A stretch of DNA of 64,000 nt, taken from positions 1 through 64,000 of IMG/VR virus record IMGVR_UViG_3300042332_000818; one strand, given 5' to 3'. Below, one piece after another: positions 8,857 to 19,300 of the stretch. This stretch comes from a virus. Position 1 is the first letter of the stretch; the number at the start of each line of letters is the position of its first letter. The translations under genes were made by a program, and so were the position numbers. The notes under the pieces were generated by a model. That model was given only the letters and a program-made list of their open reading frames with translations. It did not search any database and was not told the origin of the DNA.

Positions 8857-9384
8857 ATGAGTACTTGTAAAAAGAAGATATTCTACAGTGATGTCAGCTT
8901 TGCTAAGAATGAGCTGCTAGACGCCCGTATTGAGAATAAAACAACTACGGAGAGGCTTGCTATGTCTCTTGGTACACCTCATACGGGTCTTGCTGTATGG
9001 GATACGGATCTTGAAGGACTTTATGTTTGGCAGACTGATCATTGGATTAGAGTTGGTGCAACTGTACAACAGATTAATAACTGGAATCAGGCTTACAATG
9101 ATTCGGTTATCAACTTTACTCTAACACAAGGTACGGATAGTGTCATCACTATTCAACGAAGAAATAGTCCAGATTTATCAATTACATATCGTAGTGGATA
9201 TATCTATAATCAGGGAGTACCCTCAGATACTTGGGTTATTAATCATAACCTAAATAAAAATCCATCAGTTACAATAGTAAGTTCTGCTGGTGAAGAGGTA
9301 GAGGGTGCAGTAGTGATTAACTCATTAAATCAAATAACAATAACGTTTTGTGCTGCGTTTTCAGGTAAAGCGTATCTCAACTAA
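8857..9384 (+). CDS. Short tail fibre-related protein
   Basis: 175 aa; N-terminus similar to the 9397 protein; C-terminal TWVINHNLN...GKAYLN domain. Confidence 0.6.
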   Translation: MSTCKKKIFYSDVSFAKNELLDARIENKTTTERLAMSLGTPHTGLAVWDTDLEGLYVWQTDHWIRVGATVQQINNWNQAYNDSVINFTLTQGTDSVITIQRRNSPDLSITYRSGYIYNQGVPSDTWVINHNLNKNPSVTIVSSAGEEVEGAVVINSLNQITITFCAAFSGKAYLN

Positions 9385-9396
9385 TTCTTTTTTATC

Positions 9397-11373
9397 ATGG
9401 CAAAGAAATTTCTTACATCCATTGATCTTAGCAAGTGCGAGTTAATCAATGCTAGGATTCATAATTTACCAGATTCACCAGGGTCACCTGTATCTGGTCA
9501 AATCTATTTCAATACTGCTGATGGTCAGATGTACTTCTACGACGGTAGTGTTTGGCAATCAATGCGTGGTGATATTACCAGTGTTACACTTACCGGTGGA
9601 GCTGGTGCAAGTGTTACTCAAAACAATAGCAATGGTGGTGCTTATACAGCAACTATTGATGTAAATGTAGATAATACCACAATTGGTATTAATGGTTCTG
9701 ATAATCTTTATGTTATTAAAGATGCTGCATACCTAGAAAATATCTACACCACCGATAGTTCATTTACTAGTAACCGTACTGCTACTCTTGGTGCTAGCAA
9801 TCTAACCTTTAATGCTACCTCTACTGGTAAGTACACTATTCAAAATAGTCTTTACCTTGGTCAGCAGTCTGCGGGTAATGGTGGTCAACTTTATATTTAC
9901 GCTCCTGCTGATGGTCTTTCTACAGGTATTACCTGGGATGATGGTAGTGCTCCTACTGGTAAGATTAAGTTTCAGCACAATGTAGGAGACTTTGTATTTG
10001 AAATTGGTGGTACAGAACTTCTTCAGTTAGATGGTACTGCTGGAAGTACTGGTCTTAAGATTAATAAAGGTGTTGTATCTAGCGTATACGCTCTTGACGT
10101 AACATCTAATGCTGGTTCAGACGTTGCTCGTCTTGAAGGTATGCTTGAGTCTACTACTGAGACTAAGTTTGTTACTATTTCTACCGGTGGTGTTCTTAAG
10201 TATCGTACTGTTACTGGTATTAACGGTAGCGGTCAAGTTGAGAACTTGGGTAATACTAACCTTTCTGTTACTACTGGTGAATCAAGAACGTTTACCATTA
10301 ATGATGCTAGAACTGATGCGTTTAAGATTGCTGACGTTGATGGGGCTCTTCTTAACTTCAACACTGTTGGTGCTAGTATTACCGATAAGGTAGCGACTTT
10401 TGGTACTTCAGTTGTAATTGATGGTAATCTTACTGTATCTGGTACAACTACTACAATTAGTACTGAGACTGTAACGATTGCTGATAATATTATTGTTCTT
10501 AACTCTAATGCCGCTGGTGCTGCTACTGAGTCTGCAGGTTTTGAAATTGAGCGTGGTACAGATACTAACGTACAGTTCCTTTGGAATGAAACAAATGATT
10601 ACTGGTCTGCCGTAGGTACTAAACTTCATATTGGTAATATTCCTACCGGTACTTCTGATAGCATTCTTATTGAAAACTCTGGAGTAATTGAAAAGAGATC
10701 TCTTACGGGTCTTGTTGATGAGCTTCAGTTTTTTGATGCTATTTCTGGTTACGCAACTCCTACTGGTGGTGTAATTACGTTTGTAGGATCAACTGGTGTT
10801 AGTGTTGTTGCTGCTGGTAACATTGTAGCGGTATCTGGTGTAGATGCTACTACAACCACTAAGGGTGTTGCAAGCTTTGCTGCTGCTGACTTTGATGTAG
10901 CTTCTGGTGCTGTTAGTCTTGAAGATACTGTTGTTAAGACAGTAACTACTGACTCAGGTGCTCTTACTCCAGCGTCTCATGGATTCTCAATTCTTGGTGG
11001 AGAAGGTATTGATGTTACTCACACTAGTACAACTATTACTGTTGCTGGAGAAGATGCTACAACTACTAATAAAGGTATTGTAGAGCTTGCTACTGGTCCT
11101 GAAACAAAAGGTCTTACTGATACTGCACGTGCTGTAACTCCTTCTGGTCTTGCATCACTTCGTTATGCTGCTGCGGGTAGTGGAACTGCTTCTACTTGGG
11201 CTGTAACACACAGTTTGAATACTAGAGATGTAATTGTACAACTTTACCAGATTAGCACTGGAGATACTGTAGAATGTGATGTAACTAGAACAAGTGTAGA
11301 TGTTGTTACTCTTGGCTTCTGCGCAGCACAAGATCTCACAGATTTGCGTGTGCTTATTATCAAGATTGCTTAA
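9397..11373 (+). CDS. Tail fibre protein
   Basis: 658 aa, G/T/S-rich, with fibre motifs GNLTVSGTTTTI, DNIIVLN, W.E..D.W and DATTT.KG repeats. Confidence 0.75.
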   Translation: MAKKFLTSIDLSKCELINARIHNLPDSPGSPVSGQIYFNTADGQMYFYDGSVWQSMRGDITSVTLTGGAGASVTQNNSNGGAYTATIDVNVDNTTIGINGSDNLYVIKDAAYLENIYTTDSSFTSNRTATLGASNLTFNATSTGKYTIQNSLYLGQQSAGNGGQLYIYAPADGLSTGITWDDGSAPTGKIKFQHNVGDFVFEIGGTELLQLDGTAGSTGLKINKGVVSSVYALDVTSNAGSDVARLEGMLESTTETKFVTISTGGVLKYRTVTGINGSGQVENLGNTNLSVTTGESRTFTINDARTDAFKIADVDGALLNFNTVGASITDKVATFGTSVVIDGNLTVSGTTTTISTETVTIADNIIVLNSNAAGAATESAGFEIERGTDTNVQFLWNETNDYWSAVGTKLHIGNIPTGTSDSILIENSGVIEKRSLTGLVDELQFFDAISGYATPTGGVITFVGSTGVSVVAAGNIVAVSGVDATTTTKGVASFAAADFDVASGAVSLEDTVVKTVTTDSGALTPASHGFSILGGEGIDVTHTSTTITVAGEDATTTNKGIVELATGPETKGLTDTARAVTPSGLASLRYAAAGSGTASTWAVTHSLNTRDVIVQLYQISTGDTVECDVTRTSVDVVTLGFCAAQDLTDLRVLIIKIA

Positions 11374-11415
11374 TTAAACTTACTATCTTTATAGTAAGAA
11401 TAAATGCTGCATTAA

Positions 11416-14400
11416 ATGAAGTTTTTAAATCATAATCTTTTTACAGGTGATATTACGGTAAACGGTACTACTACTCTTAGTACCGCTACCGGTATCACTC
11501 GTGCAACTGGTGATAATTCAACTCACCTTGCAACAACTGAGTTTGTAAAAGCACAAGGTTATGCTACTACAGCAGCATTATCCGGGTATGTACCTATTAC
11601 TCGTACTATTACAATTAATGGAACAACCCTTGACTTATCAGCAGATAGAACTTGGACAATAGCAAGCGGTGACTATACCTCTAAAGTTCAGCACCAGGTA
11701 AAAGCTGGTGTTGCAATTAATAAAGGTCAAGCTGTTTATGTTACTACCTCTGATGGTACTAACATGATTGTTGGACTAGCGTCTAATGCTACTGAAGCTA
11801 CATCTTCTAAGACTATGGGTCTTTTAGATGCTACAGTTGCTCAAAATGGTTTTGCTAATGTTGTTACAGAAGGTCTATTAGCTGGATTAAATACGGTTGG
11901 TGCGACTGCAGGAGATCCTGTTTGGCTTGGAACCGGAGGTAATCTTATTTATGGTTTATTAAACAAACCGTATGCACCAGCACACCTTGTATTTATTGGT
12001 ATTGTTACTAGAGTAAATGCAAACAATGGTGAGATCTTTGTTAAGGTTCAAAATGGTTTTGAGCTTAATGAGATTCATGATGTAGACCTCAAGACTGTAG
12101 TTCCGGTAAATGGACATATTCTTGGTTTTGATGGTACTCTTTGGGTAAACAAAACAATTGCTACGTGGCTTGGATATACTCCTGCAAATGCAAGCGGTAC
12201 TACTAACTATCTTTCAAAGTTTACTGGAACTACCACTCTAGGCAATTCGCAAATCTTTGATAACGGAACTAACGTTGGTATTGGGAACACATCTCCAACG
12301 GCTAAACTTCAAGTTGGAGCTGAAGCTCACGGAAACGCTACTGGAATTGAAGTTGCAGCTGGTGCTGGAGGAGCAAACCTTCTTGCATTAACAAATAGCA
12401 CTAACCACAACTGGTTTCCATATACTGACGGTTCAAACTATTATTCAGCTGTATCTCATACGTTCAGGAATGAAACGCACGCTACGGATTGGATGACAAT
12501 AACCTCAGCTGGTAAAGTTGGTATTGGGACGACTACTATAACAAAAAAACTAGAGGTTGCTGGAGACTCAGCAAGCGGTACGTTTAGACTTAGACCTCAA
12601 GATGGCACTTACCAAGATTATAGATTAGACATTACAGCTCAAGCCGCAGATGACGGAGCTGTAACTATGGCTATTAAAGAAAATATATTTTTAAAAACAT
12701 ATGGGTACTATAACTTAACTGGATTATCTTTAGGAGTTGCGGGATATACAGATTTAATACATTTAAAAAATTCTAGCAACGTCGGCATTGGTACGACGAG
12801 TCCAAATGAAAAGCTTCACGTAGCTGGAAATGTTCACGCTTATGCGGCTGGAGGAATAAATGCTGGATTGTTTGCAAGTACATCAGCTGGCGCAACAACA
12901 ATTGCTATTCGCTCTAATGGTGTGACTCATTTCAACGGCGGCAACGTCGGCATTGGGACCACTAATCCATCTAACAAACTCCAAGTAGCAAATGGAGATA
13001 TGAGTATCACAACCGGGTACTCATTTATTCTTGCTGACACAGATACAAACTGGAGACTTGGTAGAAACATTATTGTAGAAAACGGAAACCAACTTACTGC
13101 TAATACTATGCAGTTTGTTGCTGCTAATGCAGCTAATGAAGGTTGGCAGTTTGTAGATGATGACGGTAATACCCGTTTTGAAATTGGTGCAAGTACAGGT
13201 AATGCTTGGTTACCTAGTGGTAATCTATATTTGAACAGTAACCTTGCTTGGCATGCTGGTAATGATGGAAGTGGTTCTGGTTTAGATGCTGATTTGTTGG
13301 ATGGCGTTCAACTTGATAATGTAGTTTGGGGAAATGCAAGAGGTACTAATCAGCAGTTAACTAACAACAACAATGATTTAGACAAAACCGGATATTACAC
13401 TAGTGATGGTTTTGTAACAAGACCAAGTGGAGTAGCTAACTGGATGTACATAGAGCACATCAAGTTATACAATGACAATACTCAGTATCAAAAACAAATA
13501 GGTTATGACACATACGATGATCGTATGTGGGTTAGAACAAAGAACGCTGGAACTTGGTCTTCTTGGAAGCAAATATGGACATCTGATAGCCTAACTAACC
13601 TTAACCAACTTACGAACGGTCCTGGGTATATCACCGGATATACTGAAATAGATACGCTGGCAACGGTAGCTGCAAGAGGTAATATTTCCAACAATCAGCT
13701 TCAGATCAGAACTGCTGGTAATACGGCTGGAGGTAATCTTCAGCTTGGACTTTACAGTGATGGAGCGTCCAAGTGGTCATATATTACTTCACAGCATTAT
13801 AATTCGTCTAGTGAACCTGAAGGATTTACTCTGATAGGTGGTCTTGCTCAAAATGGAACCAATGCTGTTGTTATTGGTGGAAACATTTATGAGTCCAACC
13901 CTTCAACAGAAATACAATTTTGGACGCACGACTCATTTACCCACAACTTGGGTGGCTCATTGCGTGCAAGAATTGACGGTGTTGGTAATTTTGGTATTGG
14001 TACCGCTAACCCATTGCACAGGCTATCTGTGGACAGTGTTAGTCAATCAACAATTGCTAAGTTTTATACTTCTGATAATAACTATAGCACTATTGAGGTA
14101 GGTGATACCGGAGACGTATATTCATCTGTATACCTTGCTAGTGATAGTGGCAATGGACAGCTATTCAAGTATGGTTCTGGCTGGGGTGCAGATAGCGGAA
14201 TGGTTGGACTGTACAGTTCTAATGGACCAATTGCTTTACAAGCTGGTGGATCAACTAAAGTATTTGTTACAGCACTTGGTAGTGTAGGTGTTGGTACTAT
14301 TAGCCCAGATTCAAAACTTCAAATAACGTCTAGTAGTTCTAATATATTTAGAATGGTTCGTAGTCAAAACAATTTTGGTTTTGAAGCTACGGCAACATCA

Positions 14401-16332
14401 AGTGGAGGATATGGATTATATGATTATCAAGCTAGTGCTTATGATATATATTTTAAAGCCGGTACTGTTGGTATTGGAACTACTAGTCCATCTACCAAGC
14501 TTGATGTTAACGGTGTAATTACTGCAACAGGTGGTAACTCTACACAATGGAATACAGCATTTGGCTGGGGTAATCACGCTAGTGCTGGCTATTTAACTTC
14601 GTATACTGAAACAGATACACTTGCTAGTGTTACTGGAAGGGGAGCAACTACCTCTTCTAAAGTATTCTTTACTCATAACGCAACCACAGACCCACTATCA
14701 GCTGTAGAAATAAATGGTGGAGGAACCCATACTGGTCTTTACATAAATCCAGCAGCATCAGCTCAGGCTCACGTAAGATTTGGAACAAATGGAGCACTCA
14801 AGTGGCAGATTAGAGCTCCGTTTCAAGATGGTGTTGATACTGCTCTTAAGTTTTACTCTTGGGTTTCTGGTGCTGATAAGTTCCAATTTGAACACAGTGG
14901 TAATGCAATATTTAATGGTGGAACAGTTTGGACTTCAGCAAACGATGGTTCTGGTTCTGGATTAGATGCGGATCTTTGGGATGGTTATCATGTAGGACAA
15001 GCAAGTAACTGGGCATCACGTAGCACTAATGATATTGTTAGTGGTATGATGAGCTGGAGAAATTATGGAAATGGTCACGTAATTTTTGACGCTTCTGCAA
15101 GCTTATCTCCTTCCGGTACTGCTGTTAATAATACAACACCGCAAAATCTTTGGACTGGTACATACCCAACTCTTATGGGTTGGAACGGTTCAAACACTTA
15201 TGGTGTTCGTGTAGATGCTGCAAGAGTTGCAGAAACCGCTAGCAATGCCGGATATGCAACTACAGCGGGTTCATTAACATCAATGAATATTTCCCAGTTT
15301 ACAAATAACTCAGGATATATTGCTGCTGGTTCAACTGTATCTGAAGCAGCGTCTCAGTCAAATGCTACTAGATTTAGATCAGCTGGTGATATTTCACAAG
15401 GAGGTGGAAATCATGCACTGCAAATTTTTGCAGATGCTAATAATGATGCTTTTATGGCGTTTCATATTAGCGGTGATTATGCTGTTCATTTTGGTCTGGA
15501 TGATTCAACAAATAGAATGTATGTTGGTGGTTGGTCCGATGGTACCGGTACTAAATATCAAATCTGGGATTCTAGAGATTTTTCATCTACCAATGTATCA
15601 AACTGGAACACAGCATATGGCTGGGGTAACCATGCATCTCAAGGATATGCTACTCAGACATATGTAAATACCGCAATTTCAAATCTTGTAGACGCAGCTC
15701 CGACTACTCTTGATACTCTTAATGAACTTGCTGCTGCACTTGGTGATGATCCAAACTTTGCTACTACTGTAGCTACAAGCATTGGAAATAAAGTAGCTAA
15801 GGCTGGTGATACCATGACTGGTAACCTTAACTGGGGTGCCACTAATCTTGGTCTTACCTGGGATATGAATACTGATGGTGCATACATCAAGTTCTTCAAT
15901 ACTGGAAACGGTGATACTGATTCAAGATTAGAGTATGCTACATACGATGATGGTAATGAATACCATCGTTGGGTAATCTCTAGTGTTGAGAGAATGAACT
16001 TGAAGGCTGCAGGTCTTACTGTTACCGGAAACGTTACATGTACAGGAACATTCACAGAAACATCTTCTCGTAGATTTAAAGAGAATATTGTAGATCTTGA
16101 ACCTACTGCAGAGAAAGTAGAAAAGCTTCGTCCGGTACGATACAATAAGATTGACAGTGAAGCAACTGAAATTGGTCTTATTGCAGAAGAAGTTGCAGAA
16201 CTCTTTCCGGAGGTTGTAACTTATAATGAGAATGGACAACCTTCTGGTGTGCAATATCAGAGACTATCAGTAATCCTGCTGAAAACAGTTCAAGAGTTAA
16301 CAGAAAGAATCAACAAGCTAGAAAACAAGTAA
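11416..16332 (+). CDS. Long tail fibre with C-terminal S74 intramolecular chaperone
   Basis: 1638 aa. Repeated GNVGIGT..P units, NDGSGSGLDAD x2, LDTLNELAAALGDDPNFATT, and C-terminal TSSRRFKENI...IGLIAEEV...coiled coil. Confidence 0.9.
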   Translation: MKFLNHNLFTGDITVNGTTTLSTATGITRATGDNSTHLATTEFVKAQGYATTAALSGYVPITRTITINGTTLDLSADRTWTIASGDYTSKVQHQVKAGVAINKGQAVYVTTSDGTNMIVGLASNATEATSSKTMGLLDATVAQNGFANVVTEGLLAGLNTVGATAGDPVWLGTGGNLIYGLLNKPYAPAHLVFIGIVTRVNANNGEIFVKVQNGFELNEIHDVDLKTVVPVNGHILGFDGTLWVNKTIATWLGYTPANASGTTNYLSKFTGTTTLGNSQIFDNGTNVGIGNTSPTAKLQVGAEAHGNATGIEVAAGAGGANLLALTNSTNHNWFPYTDGSNYYSAVSHTFRNETHATDWMTITSAGKVGIGTTTITKKLEVAGDSASGTFRLRPQDGTYQDYRLDITAQAADDGAVTMAIKENIFLKTYGYYNLTGLSLGVAGYTDLIHLKNSSNVGIGTTSPNEKLHVAGNVHAYAAGGINAGLFASTSAGATTIAIRSNGVTHFNGGNVGIGTTNPSNKLQVANGDMSITTGYSFILADTDTNWRLGRNIIVENGNQLTANTMQFVAANAANEGWQFVDDDGNTRFEIGASTGNAWLPSGNLYLNSNLAWHAGNDGSGSGLDADLLDGVQLDNVVWGNARGTNQQLTNNNNDLDKTGYYTSDGFVTRPSGVANWMYIEHIKLYNDNTQYQKQIGYDTYDDRMWVRTKNAGTWSSWKQIWTSDSLTNLNQLTNGPGYITGYTEIDTLATVAARGNISNNQLQIRTAGNTAGGNLQLGLYSDGASKWSYITSQHYNSSSEPEGFTLIGGLAQNGTNAVVIGGNIYESNPSTEIQFWTHDSFTHNLGGSLRARIDGVGNFGIGTANPLHRLSVDSVSQSTIAKFYTSDNNYSTIEVGDTGDVYSSVYLASDSGNGQLFKYGSGWGADSGMVGLYSSNGPIALQAGGSTKVFVTALGSVGVGTISPDSKLQITSSSSNIFRMVRSQNNFGFEATATSSGGYGLYDYQASAYDIYFKAGTVGIGTTSPSTKLDVNGVITATGGNSTQWNTAFGWGNHASAGYLTSYTETDTLASVTGRGATTSSKVFFTHNATTDPLSAVEINGGGTHTGLYINPAASAQAHVRFGTNGALKWQIRAPFQDGVDTALKFYSWVSGADKFQFEHSGNAIFNGGTVWTSANDGSGSGLDADLWDGYHVGQASNWASRSTNDIVSGMMSWRNYGNGHVIFDASASLSPSGTAVNNTTPQNLWTGTYPTLMGWNGSNTYGVRVDAARVAETASNAGYATTAGSLTSMNISQFTNNSGYIAAGSTVSEAASQSNATRFRSAGDISQGGGNHALQIFADANNDAFMAFHISGDYAVHFGLDDSTNRMYVGGWSDGTGTKYQIWDSRDFSSTNVSNWNTAYGWGNHASQGYATQTYVNTAISNLVDAAPTTLDTLNELAAALGDDPNFATTVATSIGNKVAKAGDTMTGNLNWGATNLGLTWDMNTDGAYIKFFNTGNGDTDSRLEYATYDDGNEYHRWVISSVERMNLKAAGLTVTGNVTCTGTFTETSSRRFKENIVDLEPTAEKVEKLRPVRYNKIDSEATEIGLIAEEVAELFPEVVTYNENGQPSGVQYQRLSVILLKTVQELTERINKLENK

Positions 16333-16333
16333 T

Positions 16334-19300
16334 ATGGCAAATCTTATTAGTACCAGCATATCTGGAACATTAAGTGTAAGTGGAAATGGAAGTTTCTTTG
16401 CAGGAGAAACTTCTCAGTTGAGTATTGAAAACCAGAGTACTTTTACTCGTTTTGCGTTTAATAAGCTTACTTTCTATGACTGGAATAATGGTTATGATGT
16501 ATTGATTATTGATGGTGGATATGTTGAATCTCCTACATCTTTTAGAGCACCAATATTCTATGATTCTCAGAATACTGGATATTACCTAGATCCTAATAGT
16601 ACATCTAACTTAAATACTGCATATGCGGCGGCATTTTATGGTAGCGACGTATATACAACTGGTGGTTGGTTTAGAAACCACACTAATAATAATGGTATAT
16701 ATTGGCAAGGAACAGGTTGGCATTTAATGCCTGAAAATAGTGCTGATTTTAGAATCCATTCTGGAAATAATAGTGAGTCTGCACTTAGAATGGAGACAAA
16801 TGGAACTACCAGAGGATATGTGTATGCTAATAGTAGCAATGAAATTGGTTTTTTAAATCAAGGTAGAAGCTGGAGATTAAGAGCATATTCTGGTGGTGCT
16901 GTTGAGTCATATGGTGATTTCCGTGCTCCAATTTTTTACGATTCTCAGGATACTACATATTACTTAGATCCTAACTCAACCACTGCTCTTAGAACTGTTG
17001 GTTCTTGGAGATCTGATTCTGCTGCTTGGGATGGTGAGTTTGCTGGTAAGATTCAATACCATTCTAATAACTGGTATTTTCAGGCATCAAGTAATTGGTT
17101 TTTTAGAAATTCTGGGGGATCAAACGTAGTTTCAATTGACTCTGGAGGTAACATTAGTGCTAATGGTTTTGTAGGTAATAATTCTGCACAAACTAGAGAT
17201 AAACTGAGAGTTTGGGATGGTAGTCCATACACCATTGGTATGAAGAGTGGTTATGATTATGGCCATCTTGGTAATGATGAGTATGCTATGTCATTCCAAA
17301 TGAATGATAGCAGTGGTCGTGGTTTTTGGTGGGGAGATGATGCTCATAATGATAATCAGGGTGCAGCATCTCTTACTACTGATGGTCGTATGACTATTGC
17401 TAGATCTCTTAGTGTTGGCGAAGGAGAAGCCGTTGTTTCTCCATCTAGTACTCCACTTTATGTAAAAGGATCTACATCTGGTGCTGATGTAGTTGGTGTA
17501 GATGGTGTTAATGGTAGACTGTTTACTGTTACTGATGATCTATCCGGTTCATTGTTTTCAGTAAATACTATTGCCGGTCTTCCGGTAATTGAAGCATTTG
17601 CTGATAATACAGTTACTATTGGTAAATACGGATACGCTACTACCTGGTCTACTACTGGATTTGTAACTGTACCTAATAGTGCAAATATCTATAGAGATCT
17701 TTTTATTAATGGTGGTAGAGGTGGAGACTTTGGTAACCGATTAATTATTGGTACTGATGCTGCTACTTATACTCTGCAGGATAGCAATCAGAGACCTACT
17801 GCATATTTACATGGTGCTTATCCAGTTCTTACACTTAATCATACTGTAACAAGTAATGGTTCACATGGGCCTACAATTCAGTTTACTCATAATACAGCTG
17901 ATAAGCAGTGGGTTATTGGCACAAATGGAACAGGTACTCGTCTTGATATTGGATACTCAACAAACACTAACCGCAACCCTCATAACGGTATTGATGATAA
18001 TAGCGGTTCTACTTTTCTTAGAGTAGATAATGGTGGAAATATTCAGCTTGGTAGAGGTAACGGTAGATCTACTTGGGTAAACGATATTCTGTATGTAGGT
18101 GCTAGTGACTCTGGTGATTCTCATATGTACTTTGGTGAGGATTCATCTGGTTGGTATGGTTTACACTGGTACTGGGATTCTGGACATACTGTATATCTAT
18201 ATGGACGTAATGCTGGTACTGATACAGAGATCATGCGTTACACTACAAACTCTAATAGTTATGTAGAGTGGCGTAGACATTTTAATATGAATAACTATGA
18301 GATTAACTATCTCAATCAGATTCACTTTAATGATAACGTATGGTTTACTGATGATGGCAATAACCGATATCTTATTTATAAATGGGGTAACAGTACTGAA
18401 GGTGGTATAAAATTCGTTGATGGTGATAATGCACTTCAGGGTTATGTTTATGGTTCTGGAACTGGTTCATTTGGTCTTCTTGATGGTGGTGGAAACTGGA
18501 AAGTACGTGTAGATACTAGTGACGTTGAAATGTATGGTACTCAGTATCTTACAAACGTATATGCATATATTCTTTATGATAGAAGTGATAGTAGTTATTA
18601 CTTAGATCCCGCTTCATACAGTAGAATTTGGAGAACATCTACACACTGGGCACCATCACCGGGAGTAGGTTCATCTAACTGGGTAAATGATTTTAACGCT
18701 ACCCCCGTTAGTAGTATGAGTTTTGGCGGTGATTTGTCAGCTGGTGGACCACAAGGATCTTGGTGGTTCCAGCAAAATATGCGTCATAGTAATACTAGTA
18801 ACTATTGGGGTACTCAGATTGCTTGGGGTTGGGAAGATAATGCTAATGAACTTTGGCAGCGTAATGTTCAAGGAGGTAGCTGGAGTAGCTGGGTACGTTA
18901 TATCAATACTAACAACTATGCTGGTATTCTTGATGCACGTTACTATACTGAGACTGAAGTAAACAACCTTCTTAGTTCTTATGCAACAACCGCATCACTT
19001 AGCGGATATGTATCAACTACTAATAACTCATCTCTTAATTCAGATTCAAGAAATACGAGAGGTGTCACTAGACTTTATCGTAGAGATGATAACTCTGATT
19101 TTTCTGTACAGACCTATTGGACTGGAACTTACTGGAAATTAGAAGGATATAATGGTGATAGCTATCATGCTGGTGTATCAGTTGCTCATGCTGGTTTAGC
19201 TGATTCGGCAACTAATGCTAACTATGCTAACAGTGCTGGCTCTGCATCTACAGTAACACATTATTCTGGAAGAACAGACACTGATTGGTATAATGCTGTT

